This document shows positions 1 through 11,137 of a DNA stretch of 64,000 nucleotides, piece after piece. The DNA lies in assembly GCA_963785305.1 (NCBI GenBank), contig CAWAUV010000007.1, positions 1,152,001 to 1,216,000 of the forward strand, in the 5' to 3' direction. This DNA is from an uncultured Planctomycetaceae bacterium (GTDB lineage Bacteria; Planctomycetota; Planctomycetia; Pirellulales; PALSA-1355). The translations under genes and the position numbers were made by a program. A model generated the notes under the pieces. That model worked only from the letters and a program-made list of their open reading frames with translations, had not been told where the DNA came from and ran no database searches. Numbering within the stretch: the stretch's first letter is position 1; each line of letters starts with the position of its first letter.

Positions 1-332
1 CGGATCGGGCAGCCGCATGCTTCGGGAGTGATGCCCAAGCTTGCTAGCACCTGGAGCTGGCCTTCGGCCGTGGCGCCACCGTGGCTGCCCATGGCGGGCA
101 CGATAAAAGGCGCCCCGCCGAGCGAGCGAAAATGTTCGGCGGCGGCCCGCAAAATTTCGGGGATGTTGGTGATACCGCGGCTGCCAGCGGAGATGGCGAC
201 CGACTGGCCGGGCCGCACTCGCTCGGCGAGCGCGAGCCGGGCGAGCTCGTTTCGCGTGGCGTGGGCCACGTCGTCGACGCGCGTGGCGTCGAACGATTGT
301 CGCACTCGAAACATGAGCGGATGCTGTCGCAC
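1..332 (-). CDS. Lactate-racemase-domain (LarA-like)/DUF362-type protein, N-terminal part; runs off the window start
   Basis: Manual minus-strand translation from GTG at 332: VRQHPLMFRVRQSFD...VRPGQSVAISAGSRGITNIPEIL...GGAPFIVPAMGSHGGATAEGQ. The GSRGI and PAMGSHGGATAEGQ motifs are typical of this family. Not in the ORF track because it lacks a stop codon in the window. Confidence 0.75.
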   Translation of the reverse strand, partial: MRQHPLMFRVRQSFDATRVDDVAHATRNELARLALAERVRPGQSVAISAGSRGITNIPEILRAAAEHFRSLGGAPFIVPAMGSHGGATAEGQLQVLASLGITPEACGCPI

Positions 333-458
333 GGCTGCTAGCTGAGGAAAATAGGAACGCATCGTTTCCGATCTGCCGATTAGTTTAATGGACGCGCGTC
401 ATAAACCCTAGGGGCGGCGCCGTCGATGCGATTGTCAAAAGAGTTCGCAAAGGATGCC

Positions 459-3400
459 ATGACCGCGCCGGATTCGGAACATGCTCGTTCGTCGAAAGCT
501 CGCTCGGGCATGGGCGGCGGCCCCGCGCGCTCCGGCGCTCACCGTCGCGACGAAGACGAAGACGATGAGGTCGCCCGCGAGGAAAAACTGGAGCCCGAAG
601 TTCGTCGCCGCCGCGGACGAAGTTGGCGCAGGCTGTTTGGAGTGTCGGCGCTTCTGGCCGCAGGCATCGTGGCGATCGCGCCGTGGCTGCTCACGCAATT
701 CGGGTTGGTCGATCGCCTGCTCCGCTCCGCGCCGCTGCCGGGCTCCCTCACAATTGGTCGGACCTCGCTCGCCTGGTGGTCGCCGGTGGCGCTCGACGAC
801 ATCGAGCTCCGCGACGCACAAGGCCAACTGATGGCCAAGATCGATCATGTGGCCAGTGACAAAACACTGTTTTCGCTGGCGCTGGCCCGAACCGATCTCG
901 GCAAAGTAGTGATTCAACATCCCCGATTGCTGATCGAAACACGCCTGGGCGGCAGCAACGTGGAAGATTTTATTCAGGCAATGCATCTTTCGGAGTCGTC
1001 GAGCCCGGGCGGCTTGCCCGCGCTGCCGGCGGCGGAGCTCGATATCGTCGATGGCGAGATTCTCATCGAGGATTCGCTCACCAAGCGCCAATCGTTGATC
1101 GGGGGTGTCAAGCTGGCGGTGCGGTCGTCGCCCGTCGCCGGATCGCTCGACGCAACGCTCTCGGCCCAAGTCACGGACGATAGCCAAGTGACGCCGATCA
1201 CGGGACGGTTGCATGCCGAATCGCTTGCGATGAACCGCGCGAACCCCGCGACGCAACCCGCCGCCGCCCCGCCCGAGAACAGGTCGGGGTACCCGATGGG
1301 CGATGCGCCAGCCGCCGCCAACGACGCGCCAAACGCCGCCAACGACGCGCCAGCCGCCGCCAATGACGCCGGGCAAGAGCCCTCGGCGACCCCGGACAAT
1401 GCCGCCGTCGAGCCGAGCGACGAATTGGCCACCATTGCCCGGGCCGCCGGAGTGGCGCATCCCGCCGCGCCGGCTGGCATCCCGCTGGCCGTGGGCAATT
1501 TCGAATTGGAAATCGCCGGAGCGCCGCTCGCTCTGGTGCAACCGCTGGTCGCCCGGGCATTCGCGGGCGCGCAAGTCGATGGGCAGCTTGTCGCCAAGCT
1601 CAGCGGCTCATGGGGCGGCGGCGCCGACCACTCGCGGCAATCTCTCGATGTCGATCTCGTCGCGACCAATGCGCAGCTCCTCGCGCCGGGACTAGGAACC
1701 GATCGCCTGCAAATGACCCAGGCGCATTTGCCCTGTCGCATCACGCGAACAGGTTCGTCGATCAATGTCGAACAACTTGCGCTGAACTGTGATGTCGGCC
1801 AGTTCACGGCAAGCGGGCAACTCGATGTTGCCAATCCGACCACGAATTCGCCGGTCGCCTTTCTTGCCCGACAGAGCTTTCAAGTGAGCGGCCAATGCGA
1901 CCTGGCCAAGCTTGCCAAGCTGCTTCCGGCCACGCTCCGGATTCGCCAAGGAGTCGAAATCACGGCCGGCCAGGTCACGATGTCGGCCAGCGGCGCTCCG
2001 GCCCAGGGCGGCGGCGCATGGCAAGCGCGGGTCGAGGGCGCCAATCTCACCGCCACGAACAACGGTCAACAATTCGCTTGGCAAGAGCCGTTCGTGGTCG
2101 AGCTCGCGGGACACGACGCCGCGACCGGACCGATCGTCGACACCGCGAAGCTCGATGCGTCGTTCCTGCATGCGCAAGCGTCGGGCGCCGCGGACAATCT
2201 CTCGGGCAGCGCGACCTTCGATCTGGCGAAGCTGGCTTCCGAGGCGGCGCAGTTCATCGATCTCGACTCGCTGCAGTTGGCCGGCGCCGGTTCGGTGACG
2301 TTTGCTTGGCAGCAAGCGGCCGATCAAACGTTTGCCCTGCGAGCCAATATTGACGCCAAGAATCTGCAAGTGGCGCTACCGGGTCGACCGGCTTGGATCG
2401 AGCCCTCGCTTTCGGGCGAGCTCGATGTGCGCGGCCTCGCGGCGGGGTTCATGGTCGAGCGGCTCGATCGCGCTTCGCTCGATATGCTGGGCAACCAGGA
2501 ACGCTTGCTCGTGGCCCTGGCTCAACCGGCGAATGATCTGAAAACACTGGCCTGGAACGGCTCTTGGCAAGGACCGCTGCAAAGCTGGACAGGGCGGCTC
2601 GCGCTGTGGATCGATGTGGCCGGCTGGGAACTCACCGGGCAAGGCGCGCTCTCGGGTCAGGTCATCGTGACGAGCGACGCGATTGCGTTTCAACAGATCA
2701 GCCTCAAGGCGGAGCAAGCCCATGTGTGGCTGCCCGGCGTTTACTTCGACGAACAACAACTCACGATAACCACGGCTGGCGCCTGGGATCGCGCATCAAT
2801 CGCTGCAAATTCCGAACCTCGTGGCCGTGACCGGTCAGGCCGGAATCCAGGTGACGAACTTGCAAACGAGCCTCGGCGCCGATGGCCTTTGGGCCACGAC
2901 CGGCAATGTGGCCTATCAGGCCGAAGTGGGGCAAATCGTGCGTTGGGTGCGCGACCCGCGGTTGGCGGGCCTTTGGAATATAACCGGCCAAGCCAGCGGC
3001 TCGGGAAGCATGTCGCACTCCGGCGGCGTGAGCTCGGCGCAAGTGTCGGCCGAGGTCGACAATCTGCAAGTTTCGCCGGTGGCGAACCGAAACGGCGCGA
3101 CGCAAACCCAGGGGGTGTCGCTCTCGCGGCCGATCGCCTGGCGCGAACAGCAAGTGAAACTCGCGATTGGCGCGGCTTATGACCACGCGCACGATCTGCT
3201 CACGCTCAACCGAGCCGACATCCTGGCGTCGGCCTTGCGATTGTCTCTCGCCGGCACGGTGGCGAGCATCAATAGCCAGCGACAGTTCGACATCCAAGGC
3301 GAAATGGAATACGACTGGGCCCAACTGGCGCCGCTCGTCGAGCCCTATGTCGGCTCGCGCGTGACGATCGCCGGCCATGAAACACGGCCCTTTGCCTTGC

Positions 3401-4311
3401 AAGGCGCGTGGCCTGTTGGCGCCTCCTCGCCCGAGGCGCAGTGGCAGCAGCTCACCGGTAGCGGCGGCATCGGCTGGTCGAGCGCCAATATTTATGGATT
3501 GGGGATCGGCGCCGGTCAGCTTACGGGCGCGCTCGCGAGCGGCGTGCTCCAGTTCCAGCCGCTCGATCTCACCGTGAGCGGCGGGGCGGTGCACATCAAC
3601 GAACAATGGCGGATCATGCCCGCGCCGGGCGAACTGCGAATGGCCAAGGGCCGGCTCGTGGATCATGTGCAAGTCACGCCCGAGGTGTGCAAGCAGGCGC
3701 TGCAATATGTGGCCCCGGTGCTCTCGCAAGTGACGCGGGCCCAGGGAACGTTTTCGGTGGATATCGAGGGCGGTAAGCTCACGTTTGGCTCGGCGCGAGA
3801 TTGCGATATTGCGGGCCACCTGGTGACCGACCAAGCCTGTGTGCAAGCCGGCCCGCTGGCGCAGCAATTCGCGTTACTCGCCGACCGCATCGGGCAGTTG
3901 CTGATCACGCCCGGCGCCGCTCCGCCACAGACGACCGCGGTGTTGGTGAATTTGAACAATGAGAACGTCGATTTTCGCGTCGTCGGCGGGCGGGTCTATC
4001 ACCGCAATCTGCGTTTCAAGATGGGCCTTTTAGACATTATCACGCAAGGCTCGGTCGGATTCGACGATTCGCTCGAAATGCTCGCCGAAGTGGCGATCGA
4101 TGAAAACCTGCTGGCCAATCGTCCGCTGCTCAAGGACTTGCTGGGTCATCCGCTGCAAATCCCGCTGACCGGCTCGCTGGGCGAGCCGAAGCTCGATCTG
4201 AGCGCGCTCGAAGACATGACGCGCCAAATGGCCCGCCAAGCGGCGACCAGCGTGATCGAGAAACCGATCCAAGCGCTCGAGAAGCCGCTCGAGAATCTGT
4301 TTCGCCCGTGA
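459..4311 (+). CDS. Large membrane-anchored AsmA-like/beta-rich envelope protein, split by one frameshift near 2800
   Basis: ORFs 426-3182 and 2821-4311 join (...WDRA / SLQIPNLVAVTGQ...). It has an N-terminal TM helix, long beta-rich repeats and an AsmA-like C-terminus (GRVYHRNL...TQGSVGFD...IPLTGSLGEPKLD). An internal 21-bp tandem repeat (~1305-1370) encodes AANDAP x3. Confidence 0.65.
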
Positions 4312-4463
4312 ATCAAAGCGGGCAATACGCCAAACAATAGGTCCTAACCCCTTAGAAATCTCCGGCATCAGCTATCTGCCTTTCCGGTTATCCGGCGAAG
4401 TCGTGACGGACCGTCGCCGTATACGCGGCGAGCATGAAGCTTATGGCGCCGCCACCGATCGCT

Positions 4464-5015
4464 TCATTCGGCGGTATTCTCGGCGATGCACTGCAAATGC
4501 TCCTCGATCCGAAAAACGACCATCGTCGCCTCGAGGATTATCCGAACAACGACGATCTCAAGAACCGCAACCGCGCAAATGCCGAAAGAAGCCGCCAAAA
4601 AATAAAGCATCGCGTCTGTCGGCTGCTCACGTCTCTCGAACTGGAACATGGTTCGATATATGCCGAAAATCGAAATAACCGCGGCGCCACCAACAAGCAA
4701 AATGTCAACCGCATACGCGAATCGAATTATCTGCGGCGTTATGAACGACAAAAAACTGAAGTCGAAAACGGTCAACAGCGATTCGGCGTCGCGCCGCCGG
4801 TTTTGCGCGGTGCGCTTCGTCTTACGCGACCTAGCGGAATGCGTTCCAGAGCCCCAATTACTCGAAATGGAAGAAATATCCGCTAATGGATCGGATACAA
4901 TTATTGGCGGCATGCGGATCTGGCGGCGACAATGCGGGCACGCGACAATTTGGCCGGCCACGGCGTCGCTGTTCACCAAGGGACCATCGCATAGCGGGCA
5001 TGTAACATTACTCAT
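4464..5015 (-). CDS. DUF4282-family membrane protein with an N-terminal Zn-ribbon
   Basis: N-terminal CPLC...CPHC. The FDFSFLSFITPQIIRFAY and RIILEATMVVFRIEE motifs flank two TM helices. Confidence 0.7.
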   Translation of the reverse strand: MSNVTCPLCDGPLVNSDAVAGQIVACPHCRRQIRMPPIIVSDPLADISSISSNWGSGTHSARSRKTKRTAQNRRRDAESLLTVFDFSFLSFITPQIIRFAYAVDILLVGGAAVISIFGIYRTMFQFERREQPTDAMLYFLAASFGICAVAVLEIVVVRIILEATMVVFRIEEHLQCIAENTAE

Positions 5016-5107
5016 GGCGGATTCTCGACCGGCAAAGGAATCGAGGCGACGCCGGACTAGTCTAGTCCTCCAGGATGGCGCCGTCCATGTGCCGGCCTGA
5101 TGTCAAT

Positions 5108-5172
5108 AATGAGCACCGTCCACTTTGATTTCTCCAACATCAGCAGAGAAATCAAACGGGTCAAGACTCATT
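5108..5172. repeat. REP-doublet-like imperfect inverted repeat
   Basis: AATGAGcaccgtccacTTTGATTTCTC (5108-5134) pairs with GAGAAATCAAAcgggtcaagaCTCATT (5146-5172). Confidence 0.55.
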
Positions 5173-5173
5173 G

Positions 5174-6617
5174 GGCTCTTCCGTTTCTAAATGTAATAAG
5201 CCCGGAATCTTGCTTGGATGGCGCGGGCCAGGGCGTGGAGGTCGGGCACGCGGCGGCGGGTGGCGGCGTGGAAGTGGTTGATGTCCAGCACCAAGCGTTT
5301 CCACAAACTATCGGTGTTCTTGATCCCATAACTACGCCGCGCGATGACCCGCGCCTTGTTGTTCAGGCCTTCCACCGGGCCGCTCGTCTCGCGGCGGTCC
5401 AGGTACGCCAGGATGCCGTCGCGCCAGCGATCGTAGAGCGCGAACCATTGGAGCAACTCCGGCTCGCCCGACACCATTTCGCGCAGCTCCTCCAGTCGCC
5501 GCGATGCTTCCTCGCGGTCCCGCGACCCATCGAAGATCTCCGCCACTTCCTCCCGGAAATGATAAGCCTGTTGCAGTTCCGGAATCGTGGTCAGCAGGTC
5601 GTCCAACTCGGTTTGTTGCTCCGGGGTCAAGTCCTCGCGGCGGACGCGGTAGAGCCACATGCGGCTACGGAATTTCTTGCGCTCGGCCCGCGAGAGTGCT
5701 AGCTTAAAATGGCGTGTTTTTTTCTCACGCGGTCCACGATCTCGCCCAGCTTCTTCGCGACATGAAAACGATCGACCACCAACTGGCTGTTCGGCAGCCA
5801 GCTTTTGCAGACTTCCGGATACACGGCGCTCATGTCCGTGCGATGCGAGACGACTTGGGCCCGTTGCTCCGGCGAAAGCTTGGCCAGGCAGGCCTCGGTC
5901 GCCTCGCGGTCTCGACCCTTGGCCACCGCCAGAATTCGCGGATGCTTCGGATCGGATAGATCGCTGAGCACCGTGGCGTACAACTTGTGTCGTTTCTTGA
6001 GACTCAATTCGTCGAGACCCACGCTGGTGATCACGCGCTCGGGCGAAATGGCGCGCTCGCTCGTCAGGCGCCACTCCAGGATGCGTTCGACCGTCTCGGC
6101 GGAGATGCCCAGGCGCCGCGCCACCTCCTCGACGCTCGTGCCCACCAGTTGCTCGAGCACGAACTGCTCGAAACGATAGGTGTAAGTCACGCGCGGACGC
6201 TTGAACGGCGTCCCGACCTGCGTCCGCTGCCGGCACTTGGGACATTGATGCAAGAACGGCCGATAGGTCCAGAATGTCGGCGCGCGCATCAGGTCCAGGT
6301 CGCGGATGGCGAGCACTTCATCTTTCTCGCGAAGCTGGGCCGCCGCCTCGTGCCGGCATTTTGGGCACACGCAGCGCTCGGGCAGCTCGAAGGCCACCTC
6401 GAACACATGAGCGCCTTGATGACGCTCGTAGCCACGGACGGCCACCCCGTCCGGAAAATCCATTTCAATCTCGACGGCGACGCTATTCATGGCTCCACTC
6501 CATTCAGGTAAAATCGAGACTCGCCCGGCCTCCTCCACGCCATTCTACCCGACCAACCCCCGAACGCCAGAAAACCATCCCGAATCCCCAAGCAAAACAC
6601 TCGGAAACGGAAGAGCC
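5174..6617 (-). mobile_element. ISL3-family insertion sequence (1444 bp)
   Basis: Perfect 14-bp terminal inverted repeats GGCTCTTCCGTTTC (5174-5187) and GAAACGGAAGAGCC (6604-6617); GGCTCT ends are typical of ISL3. It encloses an ISL3 transposase. No target-site duplication is visible. Confidence 0.92.
5187..6490 (-). CDS. ISL3-family transposase in two frames joined at an A7 run (5717-5723)
   Basis: Zn-finger CPKC...CPKC, HTH, VGLDELSLKKRH, TDMS and VVDRFHVAK in ORF 5699-6538. The C-terminal TSGPVEGLNNKARVIARRSYG lies in ORF 5187-6245. Confidence 0.9.
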
Positions 6618-7019
6618 TAAAGGTGCAAAGCTATGAAGCCTATATCAAGCATAAACATGCGTCAACAAAAGCGTAAATCCACGGCGGGTGCCGAAAAAGC
6701 GTCCGGAACCGAATCCCTATATCGTCGGAGTGACACTGGCCGAGCTGTCAAGTCCGCTCCGAATTGGCGAGCCGTCGCGCGAAGCTGCTCATTCCGATCG
6801 CGTTGCGCGGCAGTGATCGCGTGGCAGCGGAAACTCGTTGCGCCTCGGTATGGCCCGGCCCCTCGGCGAGTTAATCGCAATTTCCCCCCGGGGCCGCCTT
6901 TCTAGCGGACGGTTGCTCGGATCGATATACTACTGTGCCGTTTGAAAAACCGCCGCTTGAGCCGAATCAGTTCGCGGTGTCCCACGCTGTTTCCCCAATA
7001 TGAAAAGAACTGCCGCTCG

Positions 7020-8032
7020 ATGACCCGTGTCGCCATTCTCGGAGCCACCGGATATACCGCGCGCTCGAACTGATCAAGATTCTGCTCCGGCATCCCGAGG
7101 CGCGGATCACGGCTCTGGCCAGCCGAGCCGAAGGCAGCCCAAGCGTGGCGTCGGTGCATCCGCAGCTTACCGGGCGGCTCGATTTGCGGCTCGAAGACCT
7201 GACGCCCGAGGCGGTGGCCGAGCGGGCCGATTGCGTGTTCTGCTGTTTGCCCCACGGCGCCGCCGCGGCGGTCGTGCCACGACTTTTGGCCGCCGGCAAG
7301 CGCGTGGTCGACTTTAGCGCCGACTATCGACTTTCGAGCCCCGCGGTCTATGAACTGTGGTATGGTCTGAAGCATGCCGACCCCGAGCGGCTCGGCGCCA
7401 CGGCCTACGGTTTGCCCGAACTGTTTCGCGAGGCGATTCGTCCGGCCCAGCTCGTGGCCAATCCGGGCTGCTACACCACTTCGGCCATCTTGGCGCTCAC
7501 GCCGCTGGTGAAAGCCGGTCTGATCGAGCCCACGGGCATTATCGTCGACAGCAAGAGCGGAGTCTCGGGCGCGGGCCGCACTCCGAAACTCAACACGCTC
7601 TTTCCGGAGTGCAACGAAAACTTTTCGGCCTATAGCGTGGGGAACCATCGGCACACGCCCGAGATCGACGAAATCACGAGTCGCGCCAGCGGCCACGATG
7701 TGCGGGTGCTGTTCACGCCGCATCTCGTGCCGATGGACCGCGGTATTCTCACCACCGCCTATAGCCGCCCGCGGGGCCGGGTCACCACCGACGCGGCGCT
7801 CGAGGCCCTCCGCGATTTTTATCGCGGCGAGCCGTTTGTGCGCGTGGTCGACGGGCTGCCGGGCACGAAGGATTCGAGCCACACGAACTTTTGCGATATC
7901 ACCGCGCGAGTCGTGCGCGAACATGTCATCACGATTAGTTGTCTCGACAATCTGATCAAAGGCGCTTCGGGCGCGGCGGCGCAAAATTTCAATCTCATGC
8001 ATGGCTATCCCGAGACGATGGCCCTGCTTTAA
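7020..8032 (+). CDS. argC: N-acetyl-gamma-glutamyl-phosphate reductase (frameshift near 7060, probably a sequencing error)
   Basis: The ATG at 7020 gives [14 protein letters not shown], continuing in another frame as [11 protein letters not shown]. Also [30 protein letters not shown] and [16 protein letters not shown]. Confidence 0.95.
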
Positions 8033-8098
8033 GCGTCCTGCGAACGATCGCGGCGCTGGCCCTCGGCATTCCATTTTCTACCCAGCGAGTAGGCAATT

Positions 8099-9292
8099 AT
8101 GGACATTCGGCTTCCCCAAGGATTTCGCTGCGGCGGCGTGTACTGCGGCATCAAGCGCAACGCCTCGAAGCTCGACCTCGCGCTCGTCGTGTCGGACCGG
8201 CCGGCCACGGCGGCGGGCGTCTACACGCGAAACCTCGTTTTCGCGGCGCCCGTGGCGCTCGATCGCGCCCGCACTCCGCTGGCCACGGCCCGCGCCGTGG
8301 TGATCAATTCGGGCAACGCCAACGCCTGCACCGGCGAGCGCGGTCTGACGGATGCCCACGAAATGACCCGGCTGGCCGCCGCCGCCGTGGGGGCCGAGGC
8401 TTCGCAAACCCTGGTGCTCTCGACCGGCGTGATCGGCGAATTTTTGCCGATGCAGAGGATCGCCGCCGGCATTGAACAGGTCGCCCGCCAGTTGGGCGCC
8501 GACGAAAGCCATCTCGTGGCCGCCGCCCAAGGCATGCTCACCACCGACACCCGCCACAAACTCGCCGGCCGCGGACTCACGCTCGGCGGCCACGCCGTGC
8601 AAATCACCGGCATGGCCAAGGGCGCGGCGATGATCGGCCCGAACATGGCCACCATGCTCGGCCTTGTCATGACCGATGCCCGCCTCGATCCGGCCGCGGC
8701 CCAAGAGGTGCTCGCCGATGTCGCCGAGCGAACCTTCAACTGCATCTCGGTCGATGGCCACATGAGCACCAACGACACCGTGCTGCTCGTGGCCAACGGC
8801 GCGGCGGGCGGCCCCGCGCTCGCGGGCGACGAACTCGAAAAGTTTCGCGCCGCTTTGTTCGAGATTTGCGCCTCACTGGCCCGCGCGATTCCGGCCGATG
8901 GCGAAGGGGCCACGCACTTGGTGACGATCGACGTCCGCGGCTGCCGCGATGGCGCCGCCGCCCGCACGATCGCCAAGAGCGTGGCCAACAGCCCGCTGGT
9001 GAAGACCGCCGTCGCGGGCGCCGACCCGAACTGGGGCCGCATCGTCTCGGCGGCCGGCTATGCGGGCACGCCGTTCGACCCGGCCCGGGTATCGCTGCGC
9101 GTCAATGGCTTTCTGCTCTATGAGCAGGGAGCGCCGGTCACATTCGACAAAGCGGCGGTGTCGGCGTCGATGCATGCCGAGCGCGACACCCATTTCGAGC
9201 TCTCGTTTGGCGAAGGCCACGGCGAAGCCACGGTCTGGACCACCGACCTCACCGCCGAATACGTCCGCCTCAACGCGGACTACCACACGTGA
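8099..9292 (+). CDS. argJ: Bifunctional ornithine acetyltransferase/N-acetylglutamate synthase
   Basis: NSGNANACTG, STGVIG, TTDT, KGAAMIGPNMATML, DGHMSTNDT, DGEGAT, DPNWGRI and the C-terminal EYVRLNADYHT. Confidence 0.97.
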   Translation: MDIRLPQGFRCGGVYCGIKRNASKLDLALVVSDRPATAAGVYTRNLVFAAPVALDRARTPLATARAVVINSGNANACTGERGLTDAHEMTRLAAAAVGAEASQTLVLSTGVIGEFLPMQRIAAGIEQVARQLGADESHLVAAAQGMLTTDTRHKLAGRGLTLGGHAVQITGMAKGAAMIGPNMATMLGLVMTDARLDPAAAQEVLADVAERTFNCISVDGHMSTNDTVLLVANGAAGGPALAGDELEKFRAALFEICASLARAIPADGEGATHLVTIDVRGCRDGAAARTIAKSVANSPLVKTAVAGADPNWGRIVSAAGYAGTPFDPARVSLRVNGFLLYEQGAPVTFDKAAVSASMHAERDTHFELSFGEGHGEATVWTTDLTAEYVRLNADYHT

Positions 9293-9318
9293 GCCGCCGA
9301 TCGAAATAACGAAGTTAG

Positions 9319-9503
9319 TTCGACTTTCGCGGTTTTCAAAAGTTCCGATAGCCCGATTCGTCGTGGTTTCTCCGATTTCGGCGCGTTTCCGGCAACCTTC
9401 GGCCTCTCGGTAACATGCAAAAATTGGCAGTTCGGCCGTCAAACTGTGCAAAACCCACGAGAAATCGGCGATTCGAGTGCTAGCAAAAAACGCGAAACTT
9501 GAA
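9319..9503. mobile_element. 185-bp MITE related to the IS701-like element at 13357-14788
   Basis: Imperfect terminal IRs TTCGACTTTCGCGGTTTT and (reverse complement) TTCAAGTTTCGCGTTTTT match at 15/18. They are flanked by the 5-bp direct repeat GTTAG (9314-9318 and 9504-9508). No transposase. Confidence 0.75.
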
Positions 9504-9529
9504 GTTAGGAACGCCCGAAAAATAGCTTA

Positions 9530-9704
9530 TCGGTCCACCGGCAATAGCCGACCAACCGCATCGCGACCTTGCCGCGGCCTCGAGCGTCAGCCTGACAAAC
9601 GCGGCAAAGTCATTGTCCATGTCGAACACGTCGGCTCGGCCATTGCCTCAACTCGGGAGGTGGTAGACGCACCCACCTTGCGACGCTCGCGCCGTTCTCG
9701 CCAC
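9530..9704 (-). pseudogene. Remnant of a REP-associated tyrosine transposase (RAYT, Y1/IS200-like), N-terminus only
   Basis: Manual translation VARTARASQGGCVYHLPS*GNGRADVFDMDNDFAAFVRLTLEAAAR.../MRLVGYC matches the RAYT N-terminus (MPRxxR...YHVxNRGNxRxxVF...YCLMxNH). It has an in-frame stop and a frameshift, and ends before the HUH motif. A REP-like end (AAAGTAGAGTGCCCCCTTTAATTCC) lies upstream at ~9737-9760. Confidence 0.75.
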
Positions 9705-9997
9705 TTAGCCAGTCCACAGCGCCCCAGCCGCACAATAAAGTAGAGTGCCCCTTTAATTCCTTACTTGGCCAGAATAATCGCAGAGCGGCTGCGGGTTGAA
9801 GGAGCGTGGAACCCTCTATGCAAACGCGAGACGAGCATGAGTCGGTGGCGTTGCACCAACTGGGCAATCCATAACGCCGGATGCTGCACTTTCGATCTTC
9901 TGGCTAGCCTGCTATCCTGATAGCTCCTCGATTGGCGCATTCACGAACGATAATTTTGAGGCGGACTTGTACTTGGAGAGGCCGGAGCGACTGTGTT

Positions 9998-11137
9998 ATG
10001 GCGAAGAAAGAGCCGATCGACAAAACTCACGACGATGACGACCGCATTGACGTGGACAAGCTCCAGTTTGACGAAGAGAACCCACGCCTCATCGAGTATC
10101 TGGATGACGGTAAGCCTACCCAGGAGAAGCTGCTGACCGTTCTCTGGCAGAATATGGCGGTGGACGAACTCGCCATGTCCATCGCAGCGAGCGGTTATTT
10201 TGATTACGAGCCTGTATTCGTTATAGACGGCCCCGGTAAGGGCAAATACACGGTCATTGAGGGCAATCGCCGACTCGCAGCAGTTAAGATACTACTCGAT
10301 CCAAGAGAGAGAGAGCGACTACGGGCGACTGATCTGCCGGTTCCTTCGCCATCGATTTTAAAACGTCTGGAAAAAATTCCAGTACAGCATACGACACGAA
10401 AGGACGCTTGGCGTTACTTAGGTTTTAAGCACGTTAATGGCGCCGCCAAGTGGAACTCCTACGCCAAAGCGCAGTATATCTTTGAAGTTCACAATAACTT
10501 CAATGTTTCGCTCGACAAGATCGCGGCGCAAATTGGCGATAAGCACAATACTGTGCAACGCCTTTATCGGGCACTTATGGTTGTCGAGCAAGCTGAGAAA
10601 GCAAGGGTGTTCAAGCGTGAAAATCGGTTTAAGCCGCACTTTTCGTTTTCACACCTTTATACAGGACTCGATTACGATGGCATCGCGGCGTTCATAACGC
10701 TCTCCGACGAATCGGCAGAGTCCGAAAAGCCTGCCGGCAAGACTAAGGAACTCGGCGAACTTTTCACATGGTTGTATGGTGACAAAAGTCTAGATATACG
10801 ACCGGTCGTTGAATCCCAGAACCCACATCTCCGGCAACTCGATGAGGTCCTGAAAAACAAGGCAGCGACCGATTCCCTGCGGGCCGGCCTGCCACTCGCG
10901 GTCTGTCTTGAAGTTAGCTTGGGTGATGAGAGAGTGTTTCAAAATGCACTCGTCCAGGCGAAGGAAGCTTTGCAAAAGGCCCACGGCTCGATGACCACGG
11001 GGTACGACGGCGACGAGTCCCAACTCTTGCTCGCGAACACAGTGTACGACCTAGCATATGACCTCGTTGAGGAAATGGAGCGAAAGAAAACACCACGAAG
11101 TCGGCGTCCTCGTCCAGCAAAGGGTTCAGGCCAGTGA
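9998..11137 (+). CDS. ParB/Sulfiredoxin-fold N-terminal domain protein (379 aa); first gene of a putative defence cassette
   Basis: LQFDEENPRL, LAMSIAASGY and YTVIEGNRRLAAVK (ParB GxxRxxA box). A central helical/HTH-like segment (LDKIAAQIG...TVQRL). No parA nearby. Confidence 0.75.
   Translation: MAKKEPIDKTHDDDDRIDVDKLQFDEENPRLIEYLDDGKPTQEKLLTVLWQNMAVDELAMSIAASGYFDYEPVFVIDGPGKGKYTVIEGNRRLAAVKILLDPRERERLRATDLPVPSPSILKRLEKIPVQHTTRKDAWRYLGFKHVNGAAKWNSYAKAQYIFEVHNNFNVSLDKIAAQIGDKHNTVQRLYRALMVVEQAEKARVFKRENRFKPHFSFSHLYTGLDYDGIAAFITLSDESAESEKPAGKTKELGELFTWLYGDKSLDIRPVVESQNPHLRQLDEVLKNKAATDSLRAGLPLAVCLEVSLGDERVFQNALVQAKEALQKAHGSMTTGYDGDESQLLLANTVYDLAYDLVEEMERKKTPRSRRPRPAKGSGQ

Noticed and set aside
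4320..4460. Possible integron attC site (GTCCTAAC/GTTAGGAC) downstream of the DUF4282 gene; similar TTAGGTGGCAT at ~14803
   Set aside because: I could not pair R''/R' and L boxes into a proper attC hairpin, and there is no integrase or cassette array.
7020..8032. Calling argC and other frameshifted housekeeping genes pseudogenes
   Set aside because: Isolated indels with fully conserved motifs, spread across many core genes, are better explained by sequencing error.
9998..11137. Chromosome or plasmid partition ParB
   Set aside because: No parA or parS nearby, it is coupled to a nuclease and a methyltransferase, and the region appears to be near the terminus rather than the origin.
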